Positions 19,756-31,200 are shown, counted from the stretch's first letter. The stretch is 64,000 bases of DNA from an uncultured Pseudomonadota bacterium (GCA_963736005.1 CAVTNB010000001.1:1024001-1088000), one strand, 5' to 3'. Numbers and translations: made by a program. Notes: a model not told the origin generated them from the letters alone.

Positions 19756-22700
19756 ATGTTTACTAAGTTCTTCATCACGAGACCGATCTTCGCTTCTGTT
19801 TTATCAGCGGTCGTGCTGCTGGCTGGGCTGATATCGCTTCCGACGCTGCCCGTCGCGCACTACCCGAACATCTCACCGCCGCAAGTTTCCGTCAGTGCGG
19901 AGTACATCGGCGCGAACGCCGAAGCGGTCGAAGCTTCTGTCACCAATCCACTGGAACAGGCCATCAACGGCGCCGAGGGATTGCGCTACATCTCGTCGAG
20001 CAGCGGCGACGACGGCTCGAGCAACATCGTCGCGACGTTCAACCTCGGCCGCGACCCAGACCGAGCGCTGTCGGACGTGCAAAACCGCGTCAGTACGGCT
20101 GCGGGCGTCCTCCCAGCGCAGGTGAACCAGACGGGCGTCTCCGTGACAAAAAACTCGAGCACCTTTATCATGGCGCTCGCCTTGACCTCAGACAATCCCA
20201 AGTACGACAGCATCTTTTTGAGCAACTACGCCGACCGGTACATCACCGGAGCGCTCAAGCGCGTCAAAGGCGTTGCCAACGTCATCATCTTCGGCGAACG
20301 CAAATATGCCATGCGCCTATGGCTAGATCCAAACAAGCTGCAAGCGTATGGACTGACTGCCAACGATGTGACGTCAGCCTTGGCCGCGCAGAACGTGCAG
20401 GTGGCTGCCGGCGCGATCGGCCAGCCCCCCGCTCCGCCAGGACAAGCCTACGAGTACAAGGTTCGCGTCGCCGGCCAGCTGACGACGCCAGCCGAGTTTG
20501 CGAACATCATTATCAAGTCCGGCAACGGCTATCTCGTGCGCGTTGGTGATGTGGGTCGCGTCGAACTGGGTGCGGAAAATTACGCTACTGATCTCAACTT
20601 TGATGGCAAGCTGTCTGTCGGTATGGGCGTCCTGCAGCTGCAAGATGCAAACTCGCTGAGTGTCTCCCAAGGCGTGCACCAGGCCATGGACCAGCTCGCC
20701 AAACAGTTCCCGCCGGGCGTTCGATACAAAATAGCCTTCGATTCCACCGTGTTTGTGAACGAATCAATCAACGAAGTTCTCAAAACGCTGATCATCGCGA
20801 TCTCGCTCGTCATTTTGACGATCTTCTTCTTCCTACAAGACTGGCGCACGACGATGATCCCGGCGATTACCATACCGGTATCGCTGCTCGGCACGTTCGC
20901 CTTGCTGAAGGTCTTCGGATTTTCGATCAACACCCTGACCCTTTTTGGGCTTACCCTCGCGACGGCGCTGGTTGTCGACGACGCAATCGTCGTCATCGAA
21001 AACATCGTGCGCTACATTCAGGAACATAAGAAAGATCCAAAGGAGGCGGCGCCGCTGGCGATGCAGGAAATCGCGAGCGCTGTCATTGCGACCTCACTGG
21101 TCCTGCTCGCGGTCTTTATCCCGGTTGCCTTCTTTCCGGGCGAAACGGGCGAGCTGTACAAACAATTTGCGCTGACGATCGCGTCGACAATCTCGATCTC
21201 GGCATTTACGGCGCTCACCCTGGCCCCTGCGCTTGCAGCCATCATGCTCGAGAGCGGTGAGACAAAACATGGTTGGTTCATGCAAAGAGTCGGGGCGTTT
21301 ATCCAACGCATCCGCACCGGTTACGCTCGCCGTCTGCCAGTTATCATGCGACGGCCGGTTCTTGTCCTCGGGGTTTTTGCGGTCTTGCTGTGCCTGACGG
21401 TGGTCATGCTCAAGATCGTTCCAACCGCGTTCGTTCCAGACGAGGATCAAGGTTACTTTATCATCATCGAGCAGGGCCCACCCGGCGTTTCGCTGCAGTA
21501 CACCGACCGCATCATGGCGCGGATGCGCCAAGTGTTGAGCGGTCAACCGGACATTTTGGACACCTTCAGCGTCTCTGGGTTCAGTTTTACCGGCGTGGGG
21601 TCGAACAACGGCATCGCCTTTTGCCTGCTCAAACCTTGGGCCGAGCGCAAGGCGAAGGGTCAGTCTGCGCAGGCGATAGAAAACGCGTTGAACGGACAGT
21701 TCATCGGCATCACCGGAGCTTTAATCTACGCGTTCAACCCACCGGCGTTTACGGTTGGGAACATCAGTGGTTTCGATTTCGAACTCGAAGACAAGACCAA
21801 TCTCGGTTTGCCGGCCATGTCGCAGACATCGCAACTGATCGAATACAAGGCGAACACAAATCCAGTGCTGACGTCAGTCTTCACGACCTTCCGCACGGAC
21901 AGCCCGCAGATTCAACTGAATATTGACCGTAACGCGGTGCTTGCGGCGCACGTCAATCTCAGCGACGTCTTTGATACTTTGCAGACGATGCTTGGTTCGG
22001 ACTACGTTAATAATTTCACCTACCAGAATAATTCCTATAAAGTGTTCGTGCAAGCAGATGCGCCGTTCCGAGCGCACATCGATGATTTACGGTTGATGTA
22101 CGTGCGATCGAGCGACGGCAATCTCGTGCCGCTGACCTCAGTGATGACCGTGCAGCATATCCTCGGACCCCCGGAGATCGATCACTACAACTTGTTCCGT
22201 TCCGTCGAGTTCAGCGGCAATCCCAAACCAGGCTATTCGTCCGGACAGGCCATCACGGCCATGCAGGATGTCGCTAAGGAAGTGCTGCCGCCTGGCATGG
22301 GGTATGAGTGGACGGGCGTTTCCTTGGATCAGATCGAGGCGGGCAGCGTGACGCTCTTGATCTTTGGCCTCGCGGTCGTGTTCGTGTTCTTAGTGCTGGC
22401 GGCGCAGTACGAGAGCTTGGTCGATCCGCTCATCATCATCATGGCGGTGCCACTTGCAATCTTGGGCGCGCTCACCGCGGTGTGGCTGCGGCATATGGAA
22501 AACGACATCTTCACGCAAATTGGACTCGTGATGCTTGTCGGCTTGGCGAGCAAGAATGCCATCTTGATCGTTCAGTTTGGTAATTTACTGCGCAAACAAG
22601 GCGTGCCGGTGGCGGAAGCGGCCGTGCTGGCGGCGCGCACCAGGCTGCGCCCGATTCTCATGACGTCGTTTGCCTTTATCTTCGGCATCATGCCGCTCGT

Positions 22701-22896
22701 GTTCGCGACAGGGGCGGGTGCCGCAGGCCGGCGCTCGATTGGCACGGCAGTGGTTGGAGGTATGCTCCTTTCGACGCTGCTTAACTTGTTCCTCATTCCG
22801 CTACTTTACGCACTCATCGCGGGAGCTGAAGAACGCTGGCGCGAGCGCCGCTCTAAGCAAACCGCCAGCGCGCAGCACGAAGCCGCTTCTCGCTAG
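19756..22896 (+). CDS. RND efflux permease, HAE1/AcrB family
   Basis: FFITRPIFASV, YAMRLWLDP, VVDDAIVVIEN, LASKNAILIV, RLRPILMTS. Confidence 0.95.
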   Translation: MFTKFFITRPIFASVLSAVVLLAGLISLPTLPVAHYPNISPPQVSVSAEYIGANAEAVEASVTNPLEQAINGAEGLRYISSSSGDDGSSNIVATFNLGRDPDRALSDVQNRVSTAAGVLPAQVNQTGVSVTKNSSTFIMALALTSDNPKYDSIFLSNYADRYITGALKRVKGVANVIIFGERKYAMRLWLDPNKLQAYGLTANDVTSALAAQNVQVAAGAIGQPPAPPGQAYEYKVRVAGQLTTPAEFANIIIKSGNGYLVRVGDVGRVELGAENYATDLNFDGKLSVGMGVLQLQDANSLSVSQGVHQAMDQLAKQFPPGVRYKIAFDSTVFVNESINEVLKTLIIAISLVILTIFFFLQDWRTTMIPAITIPVSLLGTFALLKVFGFSINTLTLFGLTLATALVVDDAIVVIENIVRYIQEHKKDPKEAAPLAMQEIASAVIATSLVLLAVFIPVAFFPGETGELYKQFALTIASTISISAFTALTLAPALAAIMLESGETKHGWFMQRVGAFIQRIRTGYARRLPVIMRRPVLVLGVFAVLLCLTVVMLKIVPTAFVPDEDQGYFIIIEQGPPGVSLQYTDRIMARMRQVLSGQPDILDTFSVSGFSFTGVGSNNGIAFCLLKPWAERKAKGQSAQAIENALNGQFIGITGALIYAFNPPAFTVGNISGFDFELEDKTNLGLPAMSQTSQLIEYKANTNPVLTSVFTTFRTDSPQIQLNIDRNAVLAAHVNLSDVFDTLQTMLGSDYVNNFTYQNNSYKVFVQADAPFRAHIDDLRLMYVRSSDGNLVPLTSVMTVQHILGPPEIDHYNLFRSVEFSGNPKPGYSSGQAITAMQDVAKEVLPPGMGYEWTGVSLDQIEAGSVTLLIFGLAVVFVFLVLAAQYESLVDPLIIIMAVPLAILGALTAVWLRHMENDIFTQIGLVMLVGLASKNAILIVQFGNLLRKQGVPVAEAAVLAARTRLRPILMTSFAFIFGIMPLVFATGAGAAGRRSIGTAVVGGMLLSTLLNLFLIPLLYALIAGAEERWRERRSKQTASAQHEAASR

Positions 22897-23216
22897 AACA
22901 CGCGCTCGCCCGGCGCCACTTCGCGTTCGACGCTGAGCAACACGACGTTGCCGTCGACGTCCTTGACGCCCATAACCAGTACTTCGGATGGGAAGCCGGC
23001 GATGGTGCGCGTTCCCAGGTTGACAGCGCAGACGACAAGTCTGCCGATGAGATCGGCGGGCGAGTAGAGCGCGGTCAGTTGGCCGCTTGAAGTCCTCGTG
23101 CCAAGCGATCCAAAATCAATCCACATTTTGAAGGCGGACTTGCGCGCGGCTTCATTCAGTTCAGCGCGCGTGATTTTTCCCACCCGCAGGTCAACCGATT
23201 CAAAAGCATGCATCAT
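22893..23216 (-). CDS. csaA: CsaA-like tRNA-binding/export chaperone (OB fold)
   Basis: FESVDLRVGKI, IDFGSLG.RTSSGQLT..Y, VNLG...IAGFPSEVLVMG. Confidence 0.85.
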   Translation of the reverse strand: MMHAFESVDLRVGKITRAELNEAARKSAFKMWIDFGSLGTRTSSGQLTALYSPADLIGRLVVCAVNLGTRTIAGFPSEVLVMGVKDVDGNVVLLSVEREVAPGERVF

Positions 23217-23246
23217 AGCGGTGCGCGTTCACCGCTAGGGTGGGTA

Positions 23247-23291
23247 GGTCCTTAAGAGGACCATCGGGGCGATTTTCCAATCGCCCCCTAC
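23247..23291. repeat. composite REP: class C-like GGTCCTTAAGAGGACC + class A GGGGCGATTTTCCAATCGCCCCCTAC
   Basis: The class A copy is identical to 60142-60167. Confidence 0.8.
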
Positions 23292-23306
23292 AGAGGGGCC
23301 ACGAAA

Positions 23307-23726
23307 ATGAGTCCGCAGACCGCGCTGGAACTAGCACAAGTCGTTTTGGCCGCGCACATTGTTGCAGCAGCTTTCATTGTCTTCGGAATTATCGCGATCC
23401 CGATCGGCGCGCGCCTCGGGTGGTCTTTTGTGTACGTCCTCTGGTGGCGGCTCCTGCACGTTGCGGCAATGGGGATCGTTGCCATCCAAAAGCTTCTTGG
23501 CAACTCGTGCTTTCTCTCGGTTTGGGAATTTCGTCTGGTCGACATCGCGAGTCGGGTGCCGCATGCGACGCCAGCGTTCCAGTCCCTTGGAGAGCACGTG
23601 CTCTACTGGAACCTACCGCTGTGGTTCTTTGCTTGGCTGTACGCCGCGCTTTTCGTCTTTGTGATCTTCCTGTGGTTTCGCGTGCCGCCGCGGCGGAGTG
23701 GGATGGCAACGCGTACGCGGGAGTAA
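23307..23726 (+). CDS. DUF2784-like membrane protein
   Basis: AHIVAAAFIVFG, WRLLHVAAM, CFLSVWE.RL, AFQSLGEHVLYW. Confidence 0.7.
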   Translation: MSPQTALELAQVVLAAHIVAAAFIVFGIIAIPIGARLGWSFVYVLWWRLLHVAAMGIVAIQKLLGNSCFLSVWEFRLVDIASRVPHATPAFQSLGEHVLYWNLPLWFFAWLYAALFVFVIFLWFRVPPRRSGMATRTRE

Positions 23727-23741
23727 AATTCGCGCGACTGC
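23716..23741. repeat. degenerate REP-like palindrome class B
   Basis: CGCGGGAGTAAAATTCGCGCGACTGC versus consensus CGCGCGAATAAATTCGCGCGACTAC. Confidence 0.6.
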
Positions 23742-23743
23742 AG

Positions 23744-26700
23744 TTACTTGAGGCGGGCGTATTCGGGTTCTTCCAGTCGCGACGGCAGGGGCGGCGGCGG
23801 GAGCGGAGTCTCGTCCTTCTCGCTCACAAATCGCTCTGGCGCGAGGCGCATGTAGACGACAGGCACGAGCACGAGGGTGAGCAAAAGCGAGCTGCTTAGG
23901 CCGCCAATGACCACGATCCCCAAGGCTTGCCGCACTTGGGACCCGTTGACCAGCCCGAGGGCGAGCGGCGTCATGCCGGCGATCATAGCACACGTCGTCA
24001 TCAGAATTGGGCGAAACCGAATGCGCGCGCTCTGGCGGATGGCGTCGAGCTTGGCATTACCGCGCGCACGCAGCGTATTCGCATAATCGACGAGCAGAAT
24101 ACCGTTCTTCGAGACAAGCCCAATGAGCATGATCACGCCGATGAGTGAAAATAAGTTCAAAGTCTGACGAGTGACCGCGAGGAAGGTGAACGCGCCCACC
24201 GACGCCATCGGCACCGAGAACATAATGATGAACGGCGTGAGGTAGCCATTGTACAGCGCTACCATGAGCAGGTACACCATGATCATCGAAAGGACCAGCG
24301 CCGCACCCATGCCGGTCATAAGATCCTGCAGGTTGCGCTGGTTCCCATTCGGATTGGCGTGCACGTCAACCCAGACAGGCAACTTTGCTGCTCGCAAGTT
24401 CTTCATAAAGGCATTCTGCACGATCGAGAGTGGGGCTCCGGGCGCGGTGTTGGCCGTCACGTGAATGACGGTTTGCCGATTGACCCGCGTGAGAATCGGT
24501 GGCGCGGGCGCGTATTGCAGCGTTGCAATCTGCCCAACGGCAACGGTAGATCCATTGTTCGCGCGCACCTGCACGTTACGAATCTCATCCAGGCTTGTCT
24601 GCGCCGACAACGGAAAGATTACATAGACATCCTTGAGACCGTTAACGGCCTCAAATTGGGTGGCCACCACGCCACCCATCGCTGCTCGAATGGCCGTTGA
24701 GGCTGCTCCAATGCTTACGTCGAGCGCCTGGGCGGTCTGGCGGTTGAACTCAACGTCAACTTGAGGCGCGAGGTTGAGCGCAGAGCTCGTGACGTTGGTT
24801 GTGCCTTTCGTATCCCTGAGAATCTGAGCCACCTGCTGCGCGTATTGCGTGGGGTCGCCATGCAAACTCGTGACGATGTAGTCGATGGGCTGGGCGTTTC
24901 CGCCACCCGTGCTCGTGGCCGGGATGACGCTGACGTCGGCTCCCTGGGCAAGCGGACGCAGGGTGTTCTTGAGATATCCTACCCAGTAATCCGTCGAGTG
25001 CTTGCGGTCATCTTTAAGCCAGAGATGAATCTGCCCGACGTTCCCCTCGGTCAGGCCTCCCCCAAAGGGAGATGAATATGCGCCTGCGAGCGCAACATCC
25101 GCGTTAAGGTCGGGTAGCTTGATGACGACCGCTTCAACGCGGCGCACTGCTGCATCTACCTTCTTGAGGGGCGTCCCAGTTGGATAGGTAATCTGAACGA
25201 AGATTTCGCCGCGATCGACGGTCGGAATAAACGTAAAACCGATGGCTCCCAGCGGCAGCAAAGTAAGCGAGAGCAGGAACGAGCCGCCAGCTATGGCAGC
25301 GACGAGTAAGGGCCTTTTCAGGGCACTGGGCAGCAACCGGTCCGCATACCACGCGCGTAGGCGTTCGAATGCCTTCTCGAACGCGTTGATGGGGCTCCAA
25401 GGCTTCCACTTGCTCTTGAGTGACCAGCGCCCCGCAAGCGTTGGCGTCACGGTGAACGACGTCCATAGCGAGGTGAGTGTGGCTACCACGACCACAACAC
25501 CAAATTCGCTCATGAACCTGCCAACCACGCCTGGCAAAAACGCCAGCGGCAGAAACACCACGACATCGACCAGCGTAATGACGATGGCCGCAAAGCCGAT
25601 TTCCGAGCGGCCCGTGATCGCGGCGGAGAGCGGCGGCTCGCCTTCTTTATGATGCCGTTCGATGTTCTCGAGGACAACAATGGAGTCGTCCACCAAAATC
25701 CCAACCACCAGGGTCATCGCGAGCAGTGACACCGTGTCGATGGTAAAGTTCGCCAACTTCATGACCACGAGCGTGATGAGCAATGAGAACGGTATGGCGA
25801 TGAGGACCACAAGCGAGCTTCGCCACGAACCGAGAAAAAACAGCATCACGATTGCGGTGAGAGCGATGCCTTCTTCTAGCGTGCGCATGACGCCGTCGAT
25901 TTGTTGTCTTGTGAACCGGGCCTGGACGTTGACTACGGAAAAAGTTATGCCGGGAAATTGCTGTTGGAGGCGAGGCAGCGCCTGGAGAACATTATCGGAG
26001 GTGGAGACTTCGTTCGCTTCGGTTGTTTTTTGAACGCTGATGCTCAGGCGCGGCACGCCACCTTGATAGGCAAAGGTACGCCGGGGTTCGTACCCGTCGA
26101 CCACCGTCGCGACGTCGCCGACGCGAGGAATGTTCGACGCGCTGCTCCACGAATTCAGTGGACCGGCAGGTTGGCTCGATGGCTCAAACGACTGCGGGGC
26201 GCCTGCGCCGCTCACCAACAGTGGCAGGTTGGCGACGTTTTGCGCCGATTGCACGTCCCCGCGAATATCGACAAGCGTCTCGCGGTTCGGCTGATAGACA
26301 ATGCCGCCGGGTAATCGCATGTTGTTGGATGCAATCGAATTGACGACGTCGTTAACGGTAAAGCCGCCGCCTTGTAGTTGGACTGGGTCAACCGTTACCT
26401 CAAGCGAAGGCGTCACCGTGCCACCAACGTCGACGAACCCGACACCATCCACTTGCTCGAGCGCGGGGACGACTTGATTCGTGACAATGTCCGACAGCCC
26501 GGCGAGGGAGTAGGCCTGCGACGAAGCCGCAAGCTGAACAACGGTGGATTGCCCTGGATCCCGCGTTGATATCTCCGGAGCGCGCAGGTCCGTCGGCAGC
26601 TGGGAGGACGCCGCTTGTACCCGGTGTTGAACTTCCACTAGCGCATCGGTCGGGTTCGCACTGAGATTGAAGACTGCAGAGATGGTCGCTCGACCCTGCA

Positions 26701-26953
26701 GGACGGTTGAATTGAGCACGTTGAGATCCGGAGCGCCTGCGATCTGATCTTCGATCGGCCGGACGATGTTGTCGCGCATTTCGGTAGGCGATGCGCCCGT
26801 GTAGTTGACTTGGACCGTGATGGTTGGCAAGTCGATATTTGGAAATTGCTGTTGGGTGAGGTTGCGATACGCGATGGCTCCGACGACCAACACAAAAGCA
26901 ATCATCACGAAGACGAGTGCCGGCCGGTGAACGAAAGTTCTCGTTAGCCACAT
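23744..26953 (-). CDS. RND efflux permease (AcrB/MdtB-C-like)
   Basis: FPNIDLP, VGILVDDSIVVLENI, GLVSKNGILLVD, RFRPILMTT. Confidence 0.93.
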   Translation of the reverse strand: MWLTRTFVHRPALVFVMIAFVLVVGAIAYRNLTQQQFPNIDLPTITVQVNYTGASPTEMRDNIVRPIEDQIAGAPDLNVLNSTVLQGRATISAVFNLSANPTDALVEVQHRVQAASSQLPTDLRAPEISTRDPGQSTVVQLAASSQAYSLAGLSDIVTNQVVPALEQVDGVGFVDVGGTVTPSLEVTVDPVQLQGGGFTVNDVVNSIASNNMRLPGGIVYQPNRETLVDIRGDVQSAQNVANLPLLVSGAGAPQSFEPSSQPAGPLNSWSSASNIPRVGDVATVVDGYEPRRTFAYQGGVPRLSISVQKTTEANEVSTSDNVLQALPRLQQQFPGITFSVVNVQARFTRQQIDGVMRTLEEGIALTAIVMLFFLGSWRSSLVVLIAIPFSLLITLVVMKLANFTIDTVSLLAMTLVVGILVDDSIVVLENIERHHKEGEPPLSAAITGRSEIGFAAIVITLVDVVVFLPLAFLPGVVGRFMSEFGVVVVVATLTSLWTSFTVTPTLAGRWSLKSKWKPWSPINAFEKAFERLRAWYADRLLPSALKRPLLVAAIAGGSFLLSLTLLPLGAIGFTFIPTVDRGEIFVQITYPTGTPLKKVDAAVRRVEAVVIKLPDLNADVALAGAYSSPFGGGLTEGNVGQIHLWLKDDRKHSTDYWVGYLKNTLRPLAQGADVSVIPATSTGGGNAQPIDYIVTSLHGDPTQYAQQVAQILRDTKGTTNVTSSALNLAPQVDVEFNRQTAQALDVSIGAASTAIRAAMGGVVATQFEAVNGLKDVYVIFPLSAQTSLDEIRNVQVRANNGSTVAVGQIATLQYAPAPPILTRVNRQTVIHVTANTAPGAPLSIVQNAFMKNLRAAKLPVWVDVHANPNGNQRNLQDLMTGMGAALVLSMIMVYLLMVALYNGYLTPFIIMFSVPMASVGAFTFLAVTRQTLNLFSLIGVIMLIGLVSKNGILLVDYANTLRARGNAKLDAIRQSARIRFRPILMTTCAMIAGMTPLALGLVNGSQVRQALGIVVIGGLSSSLLLTLVLVPVVYMRLAPERFVSEKDETPLPPPPLPSRLEEPEYARLK

Positions 26954-26956
26954 GGT

Positions 26957-28176
26957 TTAGCGCACGGCGACCTTCTCACCATCGGTGACGTTCGTTTGCC
27001 CGTTGGCAAGAACTTGGGTTCCCTGGGCGACTCCAGTCACAACGGCCCATGTTGGATCTTCGGCAACCTCGACAACGTTGGAGACGTGGGCCGTGCCGTC
27101 GGTCACCGTGATGATCGTTTGGTGCGTGTCGTCGAGAAAGGCGTTGACGGGGACGGTGATTCCGTGGAGCGCGGGCGCTTTGACGTTCGCAGTCACGGTC
27201 ATGCCTGGACGGAGCGTTTGATCCTTATTCGGGGCCTTCACCTTGATGATGAATCCACTTGACGACGGCGACGTGGGAGAAAGTATTGCGACGACCTTGC
27301 CATCGAAAATGCGCTTCGGGATGGCTGGTGACGTCATGGTCACGGCGGCACCTTGCGTGACGCTCGCCACCTGCGAACCGAATGCGTTCAGTTCCGCATA
27401 GACGTTGTCGACCTCTTGCAAGGTAAAAATCTGGCGGGTGCCTGGATATTCTCCGGGATTCAGATTTCGGTTGACGACGATGCCGTTGACTGGCGAGACG
27501 ATCTGCGCTCTGCCAATTTGGGCCTGCACTTGCTGGAGCGCGGCCGATGCTTGGTCCACGTTGGCCCTCTGCAGACCTTGGCTTTGCGTGCCGTTGGCTT
27601 GCTCGTTTTCTACGGCTTGGGCAAGCGCCGCCTGCGCTGCGACGACGCCCTTTTGATACACCTCGACTTGGGTGCGTTGCGTGTCGACGTCTTGCTGGGA
27701 GATGAAGCCTTGTCCAAGCAATTGCTCGTCGCGCGAAAGAGTGATCTGCGCCAGCGAGAGATTTTGGTTTGCCTGATCCAAGGCGGCTCGCGCAGAGCGA
27801 ACCTGCTGGCCGCCTTGACCGAGTGCGAGAGTCGCTTGGTATTGCGACTGCTCGAGGTGTGCTGCCGCTTGATTTGCACTGGCGCTCAAATCGGCTGTGT
27901 TGAGACGCGCGAGAACTTCACCCACATACACTCTATCGCCCTCGTTCACGAAGACGGCATCGGTAGGTTCTTGCAGGGACGTTGTCATGGCGACATTTTG
28001 GCAGCGGCGCGATGATCCCAGAAAGCGCGACGAACGGATGAATCGTCCGTGGCGTTGCACCTACCACTTTCACCGTCGGCGGCGGCGCGCTTTGGGTCGC
28101 CTTATGGGCGCAGCCGGACGCCACAAAAAAGGCACGCCACAACAAGACACCGGATGGACAGCCTTCGATTCATCAT
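26957..28176 (-). CDS. RND periplasmic adaptor (MFP) lipoprotein, with two apparent +1 frameshifts near the 5' end
   Basis: Removing one base at 28125-28130 (A6) and one at about 28000 joins MMNRRLSIRCLVVACLFVASGC-AHK...SGIIAPL-QNVAMTTSLQEP to the 26957..28060 ORF; VNEGDRV, SPVNGIV, LRPGM. Confidence 0.8.
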
Positions 28177-28188
28177 AACGGATATTTT

Positions 28189-28221
28189 ACTATAGCATTC
28201 CTACCTGGGAAAACCTTGAGA
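28189..28221 (-). promoter_or_regulatory. promoter TCTCAA-N5-TCCCAG-N10-TATAGT for MFP/RND
   Basis: Direct repeat plus extended -10 (TGcTATAGT), 12 nt before ATG 28176. Confidence 0.6.
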
Positions 28222-28229
28222 GAGGGGGG

Positions 28230-31200
28230 TTATGGCGATGGGAGTGGCTGATTTCTCAGGATGTACAGCCCCAGTGCCGGCGCAAAATTAACGGCTGGTA
28301 AGCGAGCACCGCCAAGTCCGGCTGAGGTAACATCCTGTTCCGTCCCAGCCGAAATTTTTGCGCAGTTGAGCAATGCAGGAATGGCAATGGGCGCCTGGGG
28401 CTGCAACTCGAGCCACCAGCCTTTGGCGGCCGTATGCGGCGTCACTGTCCAGCCGCTTGGTGGGGCAGGTGTCGCAGTGCCCGCGCTCTTGGCGGCGATA
28501 TATTGCGTGAGCGACGCGAGCAGTTGTTGCGCTACCGGCTTGAGGTCTGCCGAGCAGCGATCCGAGTTCACGATATCGAGCGGCTGCGCTGGCGGTGCGG
28601 ATGGCAGGCGATAGACGCGGAATTGTTCTTGTCCTGCCACGGGTGGTTGGCGCACGATGTACAATCCGGCAGCCGGCATGTAGGCGAGTGGACTGCGAAA
28701 GAACGAGCTCGATGTGGGCACGTAGAGGTGGAGCGCGGTCGCCTGATCTTTGGTGCCGATGTGGAGCGTTGCGCATCCGAAGAATCCGCGCATCACGTCA
28801 AAACTCTGCGGCTCAAAGGTCAGCGCGTAGGTCGATCCTTCGGGATGGTAACCGATCGCAAAGCCTGGAACGTTTGGCATTTGCGCCGAGAGCGTTGCCG
28901 GATAGCCTTGCGCGGTCTTCGCTGCTTCGATGGCTGCGACGTAGGCTTTGATCGCAGCCAGCGTTTGGGTTGCAGTGCTCGCCGCTTGGGTCGTGCAGCT
29001 TTGCCGGCTCGTGTCGACGGCGAATGGGTCTGCCGGTGGCGTTTGTGGCAAACCCGCTGCCCCGCTTGCAAAGAAACCACCTCCGCCGCCCTGGCGACCT
29101 GGTCCACCTTCACCTGGACCGAAGAAGCCGTTTTGTCGCTGCGGCGTCGATGCGGTGTGCCATTGCTTTGCCTGCGCCGCTGTCTGCCCGGATCCGACCG
29201 TCACCGAGTAGGTCACTTGCAGCGTGCGTGGTGCAAGTGGACGAGCGATCACCGGAAGCGCCCCGGCGCCGACGGTTGGCGGCCCGACCGCGTACGACGA
29301 AGAGGCAAACTCATAACCAAACTTGTTGAAGATGTTGCTCTCGGAGATCGAGAGCGTCCCGTGGGTGAAATCATACCCGAGTCCTGCATCTGCGGTAACG
29401 TACCCGGGAAGGTACTGGCGATTATCCGGGCTCGTGAAGCGGCCATCTGCTAAAATCTCAAGCGGGGAGTTAAAAGCGCGGTAGTCCAGGGTGATCCCAC
29501 CCTGATGCAATGGCACGCCCGGCATTTGGGATCCGGAAATAAGTGAAGAGAAAGCGTCGGAAAGGCGCGGGTCGCTCGTGATAGGCTTGACGACTTGCGT
29601 ACTGTAAAAAGGCTCCGCGGCGAGCGTTTTCGTCACGTTGAAATCGCCTTGGAGCGAGACACCTTCAAAGATCTCTTGCACGCCGCTGACCGGCACGTTC
29701 AAATAAAGATCGCTCGGCGTAAAGAGTGCTGTTGGCTCGTCGCAGCCGCCCGCCGACCCAAAAATCTGTCCGATAGTCTGGAAGTAGCCCGGTGGAAAGT
29801 AGCCCGGAGGAAATGCCGAGCCGTTGACTTGCGCGTTGAGCAACACGTCATTTTGCACTTGCCGATACAAGGATGCCGAAAGATCGCCAAGGTGGGGCCA
29901 ATCATGCTGCCAGGTCGCGCGAGCACTGAACGCCGTTTGCGTTCCGGGATTATCGCCCGGTCCGAAGCCGTATGCGGTTCCGCTCGCGCAATCGAATTGT
30001 AACTGCGTTGGATCGCTCAACACTCCGAAGCGCGGCGGGCCCGCGCCGTTGTTCCCGAAATCGACGTTTCCGGCAAAGGCATCGTATTGGGTGGGATCCC
30101 ATTGCGCGTTCACGCCCGCCAACAACGATGCACCCATGTGGTTGGCGCTCGAGAGACCGACGTGTTCGCCAAGCGTGAGCCTGTCATTCGAACGGATTGT
30201 ATCGACCAGTGAAAACGACGAGTAGGAACTGTTCCCCTGCCCGTTCCCGAACAAGGCTTCCGTTGGCACGAGCGCGACCGATTGCTGGTTCGACGATGAC
30301 GTGGTTGCCTGAAACGAGATGGTGTGGCGCTCTTTGGCAGGCAACTGGGCAGTCAGCGAGGCGCCTCGGGTCGTCCCCTTCGTGTTCGTGCCGAATGGGC
30401 TATACGTTCCATCGATGTATTGATGGAGCAAGTCGCGAGTCTGGTTTGTCTGGGTGCCAAAGAGCGACAGTTGCACGGACGTGAGACCAACAAATGCTTG
30501 GTCGCTGAGCGACTCCAATGCGAGATGGCGATAGTTTGAGTTTCCCGGTCCATATCCGCACGGAATTGGACCTGTCTGAACAGTGCAAAGAGCGTCGTTG
30601 TAGCCGTTGGATGAGATGAACATGCCGCTGAGGGATTGCGTGCCGCCGATGTTCGCTCGCAATTTTAAGAGATCGCCACCGGTTTGATTGGCCCCCTGGT
30701 GGACATAATCGAAACCGCTGGTGTCCAAGAATTGCTGGCCCGCAAGGAGATTGTCGCTGCCACGGATGGCGTGCACGTACGCAACTCCAACGTTACCCGA
30801 ACTTCCTTGCAATGAGAGGATTGTCGAGGCGCCGCTTAGGCCGCCGAACATTTGAGTGATTCCGCTTTGCCAGGCGCGAGTTGGCTCGAGCGTCCGATAA
30901 TTTACTGAACCTCCCAGCGCGCCCGCAACTGGGTTGAAGCTGACGGATGCGCCCCCGAAGAGATCCGAACTGATCATGCGCAAGTCGCCTGCGGTTCCGG
31001 GCCCGTTCAGGGGAATGCCGTCGAGCATCACCTGTGTCTGCGAAGGATCGTGGCCTTCGAGTGAAATGGTTTGCGGCGCGTCATCGCTCGACGAATCGGT
31101 GTTGACCGAAACGCCGGCAAGTTTGTTGAGCGCGTCGTTCAGACTGGTCGAGAGCTTGCGGATGGGGCTGTCTTGGGAGATGCTGGCGCTGGAAATGTTC

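Noticed and set aside
28125..28130. Phase-variable homopolymer switch in the MFP gene
   Set aside because: The run is only 6 nt and a second independent frameshift lies downstream, so slippage alone would not restore the gene
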